Positions 12,548-25,810 of a DNA stretch of 64,000 nucleotides are shown here, in pieces. This DNA comes from Balanoglossus misakiensis (Eukaryota; Animalia; Hemichordata): the NCBI GenBank assembly GCA_040954595.2, contig CM082596.2, positions 2,164,999 to 2,228,998 of the forward strand. The letters run 5' to 3'. A program made the translations under genes and the position numbers. The notes under the pieces were generated by a model that ran no database searches, was not told where the DNA came from, and saw nothing but the letters and a program-made list of their open reading frames with translations. How positions within the stretch are numbered: the first letter of the stretch is position 1; every line of letters begins with the position of its first letter.

Positions 12548-15500
12548 ATGGTGTACTCATTTCAAATATCACTGCAAATCATTACATCGATGGTGCTTGC
12601 TGTAACATTACCAGGTAGGTCACTGTGTTTGTCTGTCAAATATATACTGGCCATTCCGAACACATCAGGGTTTACAGTATTTGTTTTACCTAGCCTACTC
12701 TATAATATTTAACGGACTAGGTGTTAGAAGCACAAATTTTGTGGAAGCAAACAATATTTATCTGATTTTGTAATATGTAGCGGCCATTTTGTTTGTTCGC
12801 TTATCAAATGCATATAACATGTATGTAAAATACCCATGTCAGACATAAATTTCGATGTAAACACTAGGAATATAATATGAAAGTGCGGAATATTGTATAT
12901 CAAATTGCAGATGCAACTGAAATTATATTTCCGCAATGAAACTGACCAGTTCCTTAATAAGTTAATTTTTAAATTTGAAACTAACAGGAACATCTAGTCT
13001 TGAGAACATACATGTAAGAGCGCCTCGATTGCCACTCACTTCTGCACCTGGTGATTCGTCGTCAAAGGAATTGAGCACATACATAATGACAACGTTATCA
13101 CCCACGACAACAGTTCCCAGTATTGAAACTGCGGAAAGCACGGAAATTGAAAGAACACATTTAATCACAATGACATCCACTGACCAGAGCAGCACAGGGG
13201 CCACATCCCCGTCCACCCCGGATCTGACACCCAGCGATACCATGGCAACAGAAGACACAGTTATTTCTACCACTGAAAATCAGACAAAAACGACCACAGA
13301 ACCTTTTACAAAATACGAAGGCACAGCAGGTAAAGTAAAATAACAACCATCAGAACAATGCAAATGCATTTCGATGTCTTGTTGAATGTTGACGTGTGGC
13401 CATCCACACGAAAATTCAGTTGAAAACACACGTCAATTTCCCTATAATTGCAGCGGCCACAACCTCAACAACTATCGGAGCACCCGACACAAGTCACCCC
13501 TCGACGGTGGCCACGAATGGTACAACTGAAGTCGTGACGCCAAAGGAGTCTACCACAAGGGTAATGTCGACTCATGCACCAACGATGAAGGGAACCACCA
13601 CGCCATACCCTGTGTATGGAGAAATTCCCCCGGACGAGGAAGCCACATGTAAGTAGAAAATTAAAAATGTTACGATTTGCAAAAACCTCTGACCTGGATG
13701 CAGTGTAAAATAGTGGAAACCCTCTGTAAAATTGGAAAAACTTCGTCATGAACATGTAAAGTAGGTAAAACTGTTTAACAAGTGCTTGGAACATGTGTTG
13801 CCGAGGCTCAAAGGTAGCCTCCTACACTATACACTACATTACACTGATATACATTTTTGCAACAGTGTAATGTGGTCTGGCCGGGTAGTGTACAAGTAAT
13901 CTAACATATGAATACACAGGTACATACTAGAAGATTTTTTTATCACCATCGTCCAATGGATGACACCATTGGTCTTACATATCAATGATATTATCGATTA
14001 TGTAATTTTACAGTACATTGTAATGATTCTTCATTTCATTATTTGGGTCCTAGATTCATCACCTCCGGAGAGGGTCTACCTATATGACATGGGTGTAAAT
14101 GTTACCAATCCAGATGCTTATAGAGATCAGGACATTTTCATCAAAGAATTGGAGAAAATTGTGAGCAAAGGGGATTAACTTTTGATGTGTTGTACCTTTG
14201 GACCGTATTTCTATACTACCCAAAGCACGTGGAATCTTCCAGTAACTGGCTCCACTCAGCATGACATAAAGACAACATAATAATGAGTCTGGACTTATTT
14301 TAATCTCTGGAGTTTCCCTAGCAGGTTAATCGCGGCATAGTGATCGATAATCGCGATTGGCCAAACTTTGCTGTTAACATAATTAATTTCAGGTATATAA
14401 TCGAAGCATTCATTTCTAATTTCAGATCTGTACCGCTTACAGAGACGTTCACCCGGAGCATTACCTTGATTGCATTATCACAATTATGTAAGTTAAAATA
14501 GCCTGGACAAACTTTTGTGAATTTTTGTGTGGAATACCCACTGTCCTCGTTGAAGAAAATTAAAACATTGATAACATGTAAATGTGCTTGTAGAAGGACC
14601 CACACATACACTTCTTGATTTTTTGGTCAAATTGTGAACAGAAATGACGAGGGTGCCGGTGCCAAGGCCAAGGTCGCGACCGAGTCAGTTCCACGGGATG
14701 TTTGGGTAGAGTACAATGTGACATTTGACGCTCATGGGGTTGACGACAGTGCTGAAGATCTGTATAGCGCCACAGGCATAAGTGAGGAGGTTGCCAACGG
14801 AACCCTCTCTGACAACTTTACTGTCACACAAGAACCATGCGATGGGTCGAGTCTCTGTGACGGTAAGTCGCTGCATTTAAGCTGATGTCGGTTTGAAACC
14901 TACGCAATATTGATCGGCAGTATGGGATGCTAATTTTTCTCCACTCCCTTAGTTTGGATGGTGAAGCAAACTGGATTATAAACTGTGCAGTGGAGACATT
15001 CTTCCTCGAATTTCATTTTCAGCGCTTGATGTTGACTGGTGTGAATATGCCACTTGTAACGACACGAGTTGGGAGCTTCACGAAACTGAGGATTCGTGCA
15101 TGTGTGAATCCAAGTGTAAGCATCAGTACTGTGAGTCCGTACACGAGGATGCCTTGTGTGAACACACAGCGGAAGGCGAGTTGATATGCTGGTAAGTTCA
15201 AACCGGAAATGTGACGTTGTAAAACCTCTCTGTAACCTTTCTTCAATTGTTCAGTGTTTTGCTTGAATCGATAATGTGCACTGCAGCGCTGTTATTCCGT
15301 ACCAATACCTTTCAGGTGTCCGACGAGTTATGAATCGTATGATGTTGTGAGGTGCGAGTCGGTTATGCACAAGAGTATCTTCATTTTGGTGTTCGTCTTT
15401 GGTATAGTTGCCATCATCTTCATCGCCATGTTGATATGCCTTTGGTGTAGACAGAAGAGTTTGACAAAGCAGATGTCGACGGATAGAGCACTCGATCCAA

Positions 15501-16678
15501 GCGAGCGAGAGTAAGTAACGCCCTTTCGAGAAAGATTAGTTGTTCGATTGTTTCTGCTTTGATTGGTTCTTTAGTGGAGTTGGTTTCCGGTCCAACTCAG
15601 TCCCTACACTTGGCGAAACCTCGAGCTGCAACACGTACTGCAACTATATCTGACGGTTGGGGCTCAGTGAGTTACATGTACCACACACACTGACGCAGAG
15701 ACCACATCCTCGGGGTGCAGACATGAATAGACTCTCACGCATATATACATTTACACAATAACTAACCACTGTTTTTTATGGCAGTTTGCAGATGGACATG
15801 GAGTCGCTGGCCGACACCTGGATTAAGACAGTCAGGTCCAAGGACTTTGACGACATTTGGAATGAAGCATACGAGCAAGGATGGGACTCGACGGACTTCC
15901 GACCGCCTCCGTCGGAAAGCGACAGTTCTGGGACCCTGAAAGACAATGCTGATACCACAAAGTCCGAAAGGGGGGACAAAGGAGACGCCACTCAAAAGCA
16001 ATCTGAGGATGAAGATGACTGGACAGTTTTTCATCGGCCGCAAGACACGTCAGACCGAGGAAGCCAGGAAATTGGATTTGATGTTTATAGCAATGTCAAT
16101 GAGTACTCTGGTGTACCGGATATGGTAGAAGTAAGTCTTGGCTTAATTCCACATATATCGTGTACAATATTAAAACCACTATGCAAATTATACGCAGCCG
16201 GTGTGATATTGCAACACACGCGCAATCATCATCTTCATTGTCGTCGTGGTGATCAAAACTTACAATTGTATGTATTCACCTGTTACTATTTCAATTTACA
16301 ATGCACAAGCATAATTTTTCATGTATAATCTTTTTGTATTATTTAGTTGGAAAATAAGCGACCGACCAGCAGTCTGTATGAATCACTTCCCGGGGTAAGT
16401 GATTTTCAAAACTTACAGGACAGATTCAAAACTTAGTTTGACATTATTTAACATTGTTGGAATTCGTCAACTACGCCCTCAAGCTGTCCACCCAACCCCG
16501 GATTGTCTGGTTTTGCGCACACGTTAATCTGTTAATCTCAAGAGAGAGGGGGATTAACAAACTCAATTATCACTGTAAGAAAGTTTTGCAATATACGTTA
16601 CTTTCACAACAAGACAACTGATGAAATATTCACTCTGCCTTTCAGGATAATCCGCACGAAAACTATTTTCACCTGTAA
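12548..16678 (+). CDS. Transmembrane mucin paralog 1 (signal peptide, Thr/Ser-rich region, SEA-like, EGF-like, TM, cytoplasmic tail), ~594 aa, 11 coding exons
   Basis: Hand-spliced GT-AG exons: 12548-12614, 12988-13329, 13454-13648, 14054-14160, 14426-14487, 14642-14862, 15023-15191, 15316-15510, 15785-16130, 16347-16394, 16646-16678. The frame is open throughout. SEA-like VEYNVTFD, EGF CMCESKCKHQYC...LCEH...ICWCP...RCE, TM IFILVFVFGIVAIIFIAMLICLWC, C-terminus ENYFHL*. Confidence 0.85.
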
Positions 16679-18427
16679 GGCGGACACTGTGAAGTAGTCC
16701 AGGCAAGCGCGTTGGGCGTGACGTCATCAGAGATCTCACAAGTGGAACCGGGCAGTATCTGCGACAGAACTGTGTTTTGCAGACTGGAGTCTGTTTGCCA
16801 ATTCCCAAGTTCTGTCCCGCCACTACAAATACTTAGAGCAATCATCATTTTCTCCAATGTGGGATCACTTGCCTCAAGAAATTTCCGGATCAAAGTACCT
16901 TGTCATTATGGAGAAGTCCTGCTAGATACAAATAATGACTCCTGCGAATCATCCAACATATGATTGGAGAAAATCTCACGATACTTGGCCCACTCCTACC
17001 AAATCATGTCCCTGAAAATTGTCAAAGGAATTTTACCAGGTTGTGGGGACAAATACTTCATTTCAGTTTGAGCACCTACATTTGTAACAATATCTGCTTG
17101 GTGACTCTCGATCTATTTAGAACCACTGTGTGTACCACTGTTCTTGTTTTTCAGATTGTCTTTTAAATTGTCAACATGAATTCCACTGTCATAATAGAAA
17201 CTGGAAAATAAATGTAGATGTGGTTTGCCTTCTATTTGTTTTGTTTCTTTGTTTGTTTCTGCTCAGATGGCCCTCATCGTTGTCGAAGTCAAAGATAACA
17301 TTGTATCAATAAATGTTCGTTCTGGTGTTCATGACTTGGGTCAAGTGGTATGTCGGGTGATCTCACCACACCCGTGCTATTTTATCAGCTGTCATATGGT
17401 ACGAAGGAGACTCGAGTATTTTCATATCTAGAGTAGGTGAATCCCCTAAGGATGGACCATTTGGTTTCGGGGGGAGCTGGAAGAATTGGGTATGGCACCA
17501 AGGCTTTTAACAATCCCCCCCCCCAAAAAAAAAAATCCTCCAGCCCCCCAGAAATCACATGGTCCAAGCTGGACTTGACTCATATTTTTTGGTTTCGAAT
17601 CTCACAGTCATTACATTCATCTGTGACCCGCCATGTTGGTATCGACGTGCGGGTTGGCTTGGTTATGTGAATTTTTTGGTAGGGGTGTGACGGAAATGTA
17701 CACCATGAAATATTCAATTAAAAGCATATTTAATAATAGGTGGGTCAGTTCAATGACTACAGTGCACGAGCAATTGAACTGTGGAACTGCGAGATTTTTA
17801 GGTGTACCCCACCCATGCATGTGATTGCGAAAGTTCCGTCAAAACAAATTATTTACTATGGGAAGAAGACAATGCGGTCACTATGACAATGCTGTAGACG
17901 GCCTAGCTAGCAACCTGATGTTTTTTCAGAAATAATTTACAATAGCCTATCTCTGGTCGACCATTAAATTGCCTTGTCAACACCCCCTATGTAAACGTTG
18001 CGGTAGAAACGTGAAAATATGCGAAAAGGAACCCAAATCAACAAAACGACAAATACTAGTATAACAAACTACATGTATGATAACTCGCTCGAGCAAAAGT
18101 TCGTGTGGAACGTTTTAACAATTATCTCGGCGTCTTCACTCAAAGTTAGTGGCAACAAAGGTGATTATGACTTTTTTGATTTAGTGCTGCATTTTACCAA
18201 TAACCTTGTAGTTAAAGAACAATTCATCAACCAGCCGTGTCAGGTGACATTTTTCTGTTTGCACCATTTATCAGTTCAATACGGGTGGTGGCGAGTAACC
18301 GATGACTGGGAGTGGCCCGTAAAACTGCACGTATCGTCTTATTTCATTCACTGCGTAACAGGCAAATTTGGGATTGTCTTTTGGAGCGTTGTTCCTTCGC
18401 CTTGTTGGATAAATTCTCCCGTGCACC

Positions 18428-21400
18428 ATGGCAGAATCGCGCAAGGGGATCTTGGTCGTGCTTCTCATCTCGGTGGGGCTGGTGACAGGTAAATATCACA
18501 GTTTGTTGGCGGAATTTTCGTTTGATACCCGCAGGCAGCTAAAGAGAGTTGCTGTGTAGAAATATTTTTTTGAGGGGGTGACCAGCGTATTTCAAAGTGT
18601 TTCTTCAAGGGGTTTCTCTTTCGGTTGAAGACAGCTGGGGACAATCGAAGCGAAACTTGAAGATGACGAGGAGATGACTACGAATTCATAGCATTCACGA
18701 ACAGTATTTGATTTTGAGCATTGATATATAAATAAGAATTTCAATTCAACACAGTATAGAACAAAATATCCACCTTACACCCGCACCAAAGAAATTAGAT
18801 AAGTCTGAGAGTTCGCTATAAAATAGGACTTATATTCATGGGTGCAGAAGTTGGGCAAGAACATCTGGCATATGACATTCCTTTCTGCTGGTAGTATTCC
18901 AATTACTTCCCTCATTTTACAATACAACCGTTTTTTGAACATTTTGATAAAATTTTGCTACACAGACCTTTTGGCTGCTCTTTGTAAATTAACATAATTT
19001 CTGTATGTAGTCCTGAACTCAACAATGATAACTATTTCAAATATAATTACAGATACTATTTCTCAAAGCACAACCCAACACACAACTATGGTTGACACAA
19101 CTGGTCCAAATACACCAGGTACTTTGACAGTGCAAGAAACAACTTTTGGTACCACAGGAGCAGATACAACCACACAATCCGAAACAACTACAGATTTAAC
19201 TACAGTTGACACAACTGAAGGTACCACTGCAATTTTCATAGGAACAACGGGCGTTACAACTTCTGGTACCACAGATACCACTACACAATCCGAAACAACT
19301 ACAGATTTAACTACAGTTGACACAACTGAAGGTACCACTACAATTGTCACAGGAACAACGGGCGTCACAACTTCTGGTACCACAGATACCACGACACAAG
19401 ATTCGACGTCTGCAGATTTAACTACAGTTGACACAACTGAAGGTACCACTACAATTGTCATAGGAACAACGGGCGTTACCACTTCTGGTACCACAGATAC
19501 CACTACACAATCCGAAACAACTACAGATTTAACTACAGTTGGCACAACTGAAGATGCCACTACAATTGTCATAGGAACAACGGACGTCACAACTTCCGGT
19601 ACCACAGATACCACGACACAAGATTCGACGTCTGCAGATTTAACTACACTTGACACAACTGAAGGTACCACTACAATTGTCATAGGAACAACGGGCGTTA
19701 CCACTTCTGGTACCACAGATATCACTACACAATCCGAAACAACTACAGATTTAACTACAGTTGACACAACTGAAGGTGCCACTACAGTTGTCATAGGAAC
19801 AACGGACGTTACCACTTCTGGTACCACAGATACCACGACACAAGATTCGACGTCTGCAGATTTAACTACAGTTGACACAACTGAAGGTACCACTACAATT
19901 GTCATAGGAACAACGGACGTTACCACTTCTGGTACCACAGATACCACGACACAAGATTCGACGTCTGCAGATTTAACTACACTTGACACAACTGAAGGAA
20001 CCACTACAATTGTCACAGGAACAACGGACGTTACCACTTCTGGTACCACAGATACCACTACACAATCCGAAACAACTACAGATTTAACTACAGTTGACAC
20101 AACTGAAGGAACCACTACAATTGTCATAGGAACAACGGACGTTACAACTTCTGGTACCACAGATACCACTACACAATCCGAAACAAGTACAGATTTAACT
20201 ACAGTTGACACAACTGAAGGAACCACTACAATTGTCATAGGAACAACGGACGTTACAACTTCTGGTACCACAGATACCACTACACAATCCGAAACAACTA
20301 CAGATTTAACTACAGTTGACACAACTGAAGGTGCCACTACAGTTGTCATAGGAACAACGGACGTTACCACTTCTGGTACCACAGATACCACTACACAATC
20401 CGAAACAACTACAGATTTAACTACAGTTGACACAACTGAAGGTGCCACTACAGTTGTCATAGGAACAACGGACGTTACCACTTCTGGTACCACAGATACC
20501 ACTACACAATCCGAAACAACTACAGATTTAACTACAGTTGACACAACTGAAGGTACCACTACAATTGTCATAGGAACAACAGGCGTTACCACTTCTGGTA
20601 CCACAGATACCACTATACAATCCGAAACAACTACAGATTTAACTACAGTTGACACAACTGAAGGTGCCACTACAATTGTCATAGGAACAACGGACGTTAC
20701 CACTTCTGGTACCACAGATACCACTACACAATCCGAAACAACTACAGATTTAACTACAGTTGACACAACTGAAGGTACCACTACAATTGTCACAGGAACA
20801 ACGGACGTTACCACTTCTGGTACCACAGATACCACGACACAAGATTCGACGTCTGCAGATTTAACTACAGTTGACACAACTGAAGGTACCACTACAATTG
20901 TCACAGGAACAACGGACGTTACCCCTTCTGGTACCACAGATACCACGACACAAGATTCAACGTCTGCAGATTTAACTACAGTTGACACAACTGAAGGTAC
21001 CACTACAATTGTCACAGGAACAACGGACGTTACCACTTCTGGTACCACAGATATCACTACACAAGATTCGACGTCTGCAGATTTAACTACAGTTGACACA
21101 ACTGAAGGTACCACTACAATTGTCACAGGAACAACGGACGTTACCCCTTCTGGTACCACAGATACCACGACACAAGATTCGACGTCTGCAGATTTAACTA
21201 CAGTTGACACAACTGAAGGTACCACTACAATTGTCACAGGAACAACGGACGTTACCACTTCTGGTACCACAGATACCACGACACAAGATTCGACGTCTGC
21301 AGATTTAACTACAGTTGACACAACTGAAGGTACCACTACAATTGTCACAGGAACAACGGACGTTACCCCTTCTGGTACCACAGATACCACGACACAAGAT

Positions 21401-24400
21401 TCGACGTCTGCAGATTTAACTACAGTTGACACAACTGAAGGTACCACTACAATTGTCACAGGAACAACGGACGTTAGCACTTCTGGTACCACAGATACCA
21501 CGACACAAGATTCGACGTCTGCAGATTTAACTACAGTTGACACAACAGAAGGTACCACTACAATTGTCACAGGAACAACGGACGTTACCACTTCTGGTAC
21601 CACAGATACCACGACACAAGCTTCGACATCTGCAGATTTAACTTCAGCTGCCTTAACCGAAGTTACCGCTACACTTGTCACAACAACAGCAGAAGTAACC
21701 ACTATTGGCACAACAACAGTTGCAGCTGCCACTTCACAGGCTACGTTAGTGGGATCATCCCCTCCTGCAACGATTAGTGATGCAACTACTGTGCAAGCTG
21801 CAACCACAGCTGACGTAGGTACGACGATGACTCACACAGCTGCAACAGTGACAGAAGTATCTTCTTCTGGCACGACTCACGACGGCACCTCTAGCCATGC
21901 TACATCAACTGCTGGGACTGCTTCCACATCAACTTCAAGAGATATAACAAGTCAAATAACTACTATACCAGCTGCAACAACGTTGTCATTTGTATCGACA
22001 GTAAAAACAACTGCAGTTCTACCACCTGCAGCTACCACCAAATCTAACATTGTTGGACCACTTCCCGAAGAGGAAGAACCACTATGTAAGTATCTTGTGA
22101 CTTAAAAAACTAGTGTGTCTTGGATTTGTATACTACTCTTAAATTTAATCTTGGTTGATGTCTCAATAATTCATGACCTCATTTTATTAGATACAGAGGA
22201 ACCTGAAAAAACGTACTATTATGGCATGAAAGTTTCCACTTCTTTGAAAACTGAAGAGGAGTTTATGTCCGAGTTTGAAGCGACTGTAAGTATCGAGCCT
22301 TAGCTTCATTTTCTCGGTAACACCGTTGGGTGTGTACGGTATGTAATTTAGCATGGGTTAAAGTGCAGTTTGTTATTAGTTCTTCTGTAAGTAAATGAAG
22401 TATTGAAGCTTTAAATATTTTTTTTAATAGATATGCCCATTTTACGACATTGAGGAAGATGCCTTAAAAAACTGCACGGTCACTAACACAGATTGGTAAG
22501 CTTGACATTTTGTTTATCACTACCAACTATACCTGTCTTTTGTGTTTGAAGAGTATCTGGTAAAGATTTAGCCAATATCAAATTTGGTGGGAACTTTTTG
22601 ATTATGCCTGGGCATTATGTGGGTTTTCCAAGTTCCAACTGAAACAATTCCGATCTACATGAACCTCACATGCTACCCTTAAACACAGTCACGATTAATT
22701 TATTTGGGGAATTAGGCAAATTGCTTTCATCCATTGGTGACTGTTTGGTGTATTTTTCATCCTTTAGGGACGATACAGTCGTTAACAAGAAATCTCGGCG
22801 TGACGTCATCGTTGTACTGCTTAAAGAGGTTAACGTGGAATATAACGTAACGTATGACGGTACCAGCGAGACAGCGAAGTATGAGGCCGATGAACTCTAC
22901 GAGCAAACGGGAATAACGGAAGAGGTTGAGAACGGAACTCTCGGGGGAAACTTTACAGTGACCGAAGAGCCGTGTCAAGAGGGAAGTTCAGGCAACTGTG
23001 GAGGTACATAGTAGAGGTGTTTTCATTGTCGACAGAACGCAATGCTATTGTCAAAGACAAAAGTGGGCCATATTTAAAGTTGTCCTCGTTCCCGATACAA
23101 ATTATCATCTCTGAATTGTAACCAGCTGAAAGAAACTTATTGGCTTTTGCCGCATTTCATTCAAATTTCCAATTTGAAAATTTAGTCGTCGTTTTGGAGG
23201 TTAGTGTGCGTTCCTTCTGGGTTGGACTTATACGCTGCCCTACTATAGCTTTATTTCGTTATCATTATACAGCCGAGGACGTTGATTGGTGCGAAAACGC
23301 AATCTGCGATCCAACTATGGAACCGGTGGAGAAAGGGGAGAGTTGCGTATGCCAATCAGCATGTCTCGGGGATTACTGCAAAAACGACGCACTCTGCGAA
23401 CACAACGGGAACACTATAACGTGTTGGTAGGTCGAAAATTCCTTTTCTGGCGTTGAAACCTTCTGCTCGCGAACAATTTCATGAATTGTCGATGACCATA
23501 TTTTGCGCTAGAGCAGCAACTCCACGGAGTGTGTATCTTGTGCCCTAAATAATGTGTGCATGTGTGTGTATCATGGCTGACAATGATACTGCTACAAGTG
23601 ACATTCCCCCTTGATGCAAGAAATAAATGCCAAATACCTTGTATGGTTTACTTGCCATCTTCCCCACTCCAACAGGTAGGTGACGCTGCCTCTCCATAAC
23701 CATTCTCTTTCCAGGTGTCCAAACGACGCCGACAAAATATACATCGGTGATCAGTGTGAAACTGAAATCGCAAGGAGCATCATCATCCTGGTATTCAGCC
23801 TTTCGTTTGGTATCTTGATCATTGTCATCGTATTACTAGTTATCTGTTGTGCGAAACAGACACATGATAAGCGTCAAATGAAGAAATTGGACACAGAAAG
23901 TAACCATGACGACACAAAACAGTAAGTAAAGTCTCCGTCAGTTTGATGTTGCTTACTATCATTTAAAGTAACTTGTGAGGTTCACGACAAAACTTCGATT
24001 ACAGTCGTCACATGATTTGTTCTTTGTCGTTTAATTTCTACTTCAGCAAGAAAGTCAAGTCAACATCGGAAGTCTCATCTTCATATATAAATAATGCCTT
24101 TTACCGGGCCGACGATGAAACCACGCAGTCTGCCGTGGACACAGTGCATGACGACTTTTTCGCCAACACATGGATGGCCAACAAACGCCAATCAAGTGAT
24201 GACTGGGAGGAATTGTGGAACGCTACTGACAGCGACAATGACTGGAGGAAAGCTTTCCCCTTGACAGTTTCCAATCTGACAAATGCCAGTGGAGACGAAA
24301 CGACAACAGTAAGGAGTTCTAAACCCTTTAAGTTGTTTATGTTGCTCTGTTTATGTCTTTAGTTACCACAAACCAAATTATACATGCCACAAGAAGTTAT

Positions 24401-24929
24401 AGACACCAAACTTTGGATCCAATTTTTCTTTTTGAACACTATGCATGCATTACGAAAGAAATACGCTTTGCACCAACCAGTCTTGTTGTACTGACATAAG
24501 GTGAAAACCTGTGCACATGCATTCTTTTGCTGTATTTATTTAGTGAGACTCAACTCTTTTAAATTTGTCTGTTGCAGTTCAGAATACAACGACCGAACAT
24601 TAAGATCCAACACGACCAGCCGTCACCACTTTACAAGGTATGTGTACGCGCCAATTAACCTGCCTATCATCCCAGTATAAACCCTTTTTCCATTTTTGGC
24701 AGGGGGCCAAAATTGTCTGGCCCCCTGTTCCAATTCTACCGCTGGCTGCGCTATATGCTCACAAATAGTCAGAGTCCATGTGCATTGATAACTATATATG
24801 CTCTGATATAAATCTACGCTCAGTGATGTCTTATAAGTTATCCATTGTAATCATAGACACCGCCTTTCCAGGCAGAAACTAATGATTTCCATTCTCTTTC
24901 AGTATAACCTACAAGATCAGTACGTTTGA
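18428..24929 (+). CDS. Transmembrane mucin paralog 2 with 37/38-aa Thr-rich tandem repeats, SEA-like, EGF, TM; ~1413 aa, 10 coding exons
   Basis: Exons 18428-18488 (signal MAESRKGILVVLLISVGLVT), 19011(or 19053)-22085, 22191-22285, 22431-22495, 22768-23003, 23273-23426, 23715-23921, 24047-24308, 24578-24637, 24903-24929. EGF CLGDYCKNDALCEH...CWCP...YIGDQCE, TM IIILVFSLSFGILIIVIVLLVICC, tail ...FRIQRPNI...DQYV*. AATAAA at 25177. Confidence 0.88.
19175..21640 (+). repeat. Coding tandem repeat, 111/114-bp units (~22 copies) in mucin 2
   Basis: QSETTTDLTTVDTTEGTTTIVIGTTDVTTSGTTDTTT (37 aa) and QDSTSADL... (38 aa) units in ORF 19025..22105. Confidence 0.95.
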
Positions 24930-25810
24930 ACCCATGGTGGTCAGTGCTGCAACGCACATGCGCACGACAACTGACATGAGCTCACAGAATCACAATTGGC
25001 TGACGTCATGTTTATATATTTACTCTATCTACGTATTGTATCTACCGGTACATAGTTATATTAGATGTATTGTAGTTGGCAAGTGCTTGAGAGAATTTTG
25101 TTTCGGAATTTGTGTCAATGTGAACTAGTCAAATGACATTTTTTGTTTTAAACCAACGATTTTTTTATATTCTATGAATAAACCAATATAATATGAAACG
25201 TGCATTCTTTGCATGGCATACTGCAAATGCTAAGGCAGCGGATCAGTATGATGGGAGACCTCTCATCTTTTGTCACGAAAATATTCCCAGTAATTTTGCC
25301 AATAAAAGTACATCAGGTGCAGTGTTCTGTATCCCTCCCTCCCTTCCTCCCTCCCTCCCTATACTCTCTCGCTCTGATTCTCCCTTTCTGTCTGTCTGCC
25401 CCTCCCCCTATCTCTCCCCTCCTTAGCGCACACACACTAACACACACACGCATACACCTACAGTAATCAGGTGTAGAACCAGCGTAAATACACCACCAGC
25501 TTAGTTTTATTTGCAGAAAGTTAAACATTAATCGGACAGTGGCGTGAAATACACGTGTCGGGCTGATCATACACCCAGTGCAAATATCGAGCGATCACAG
25601 ATATCCTTATTACTGTACATTTGCCACTCAGTTCAGTTTACTTTGAAGGCGGGTAGCATTATATACGGTGACCTGATGACAGGGAGTGGCAGATAACTTG
25701 GTGGATAGCCATCCATACAGTGGCAACAAAAATTGGTAACTGGATATTAGAAGTACGCTGGATTTTTGAAGTACGCACTCCCCCAAAAGTATAGCCAGGC
25801 GTTTCTCACA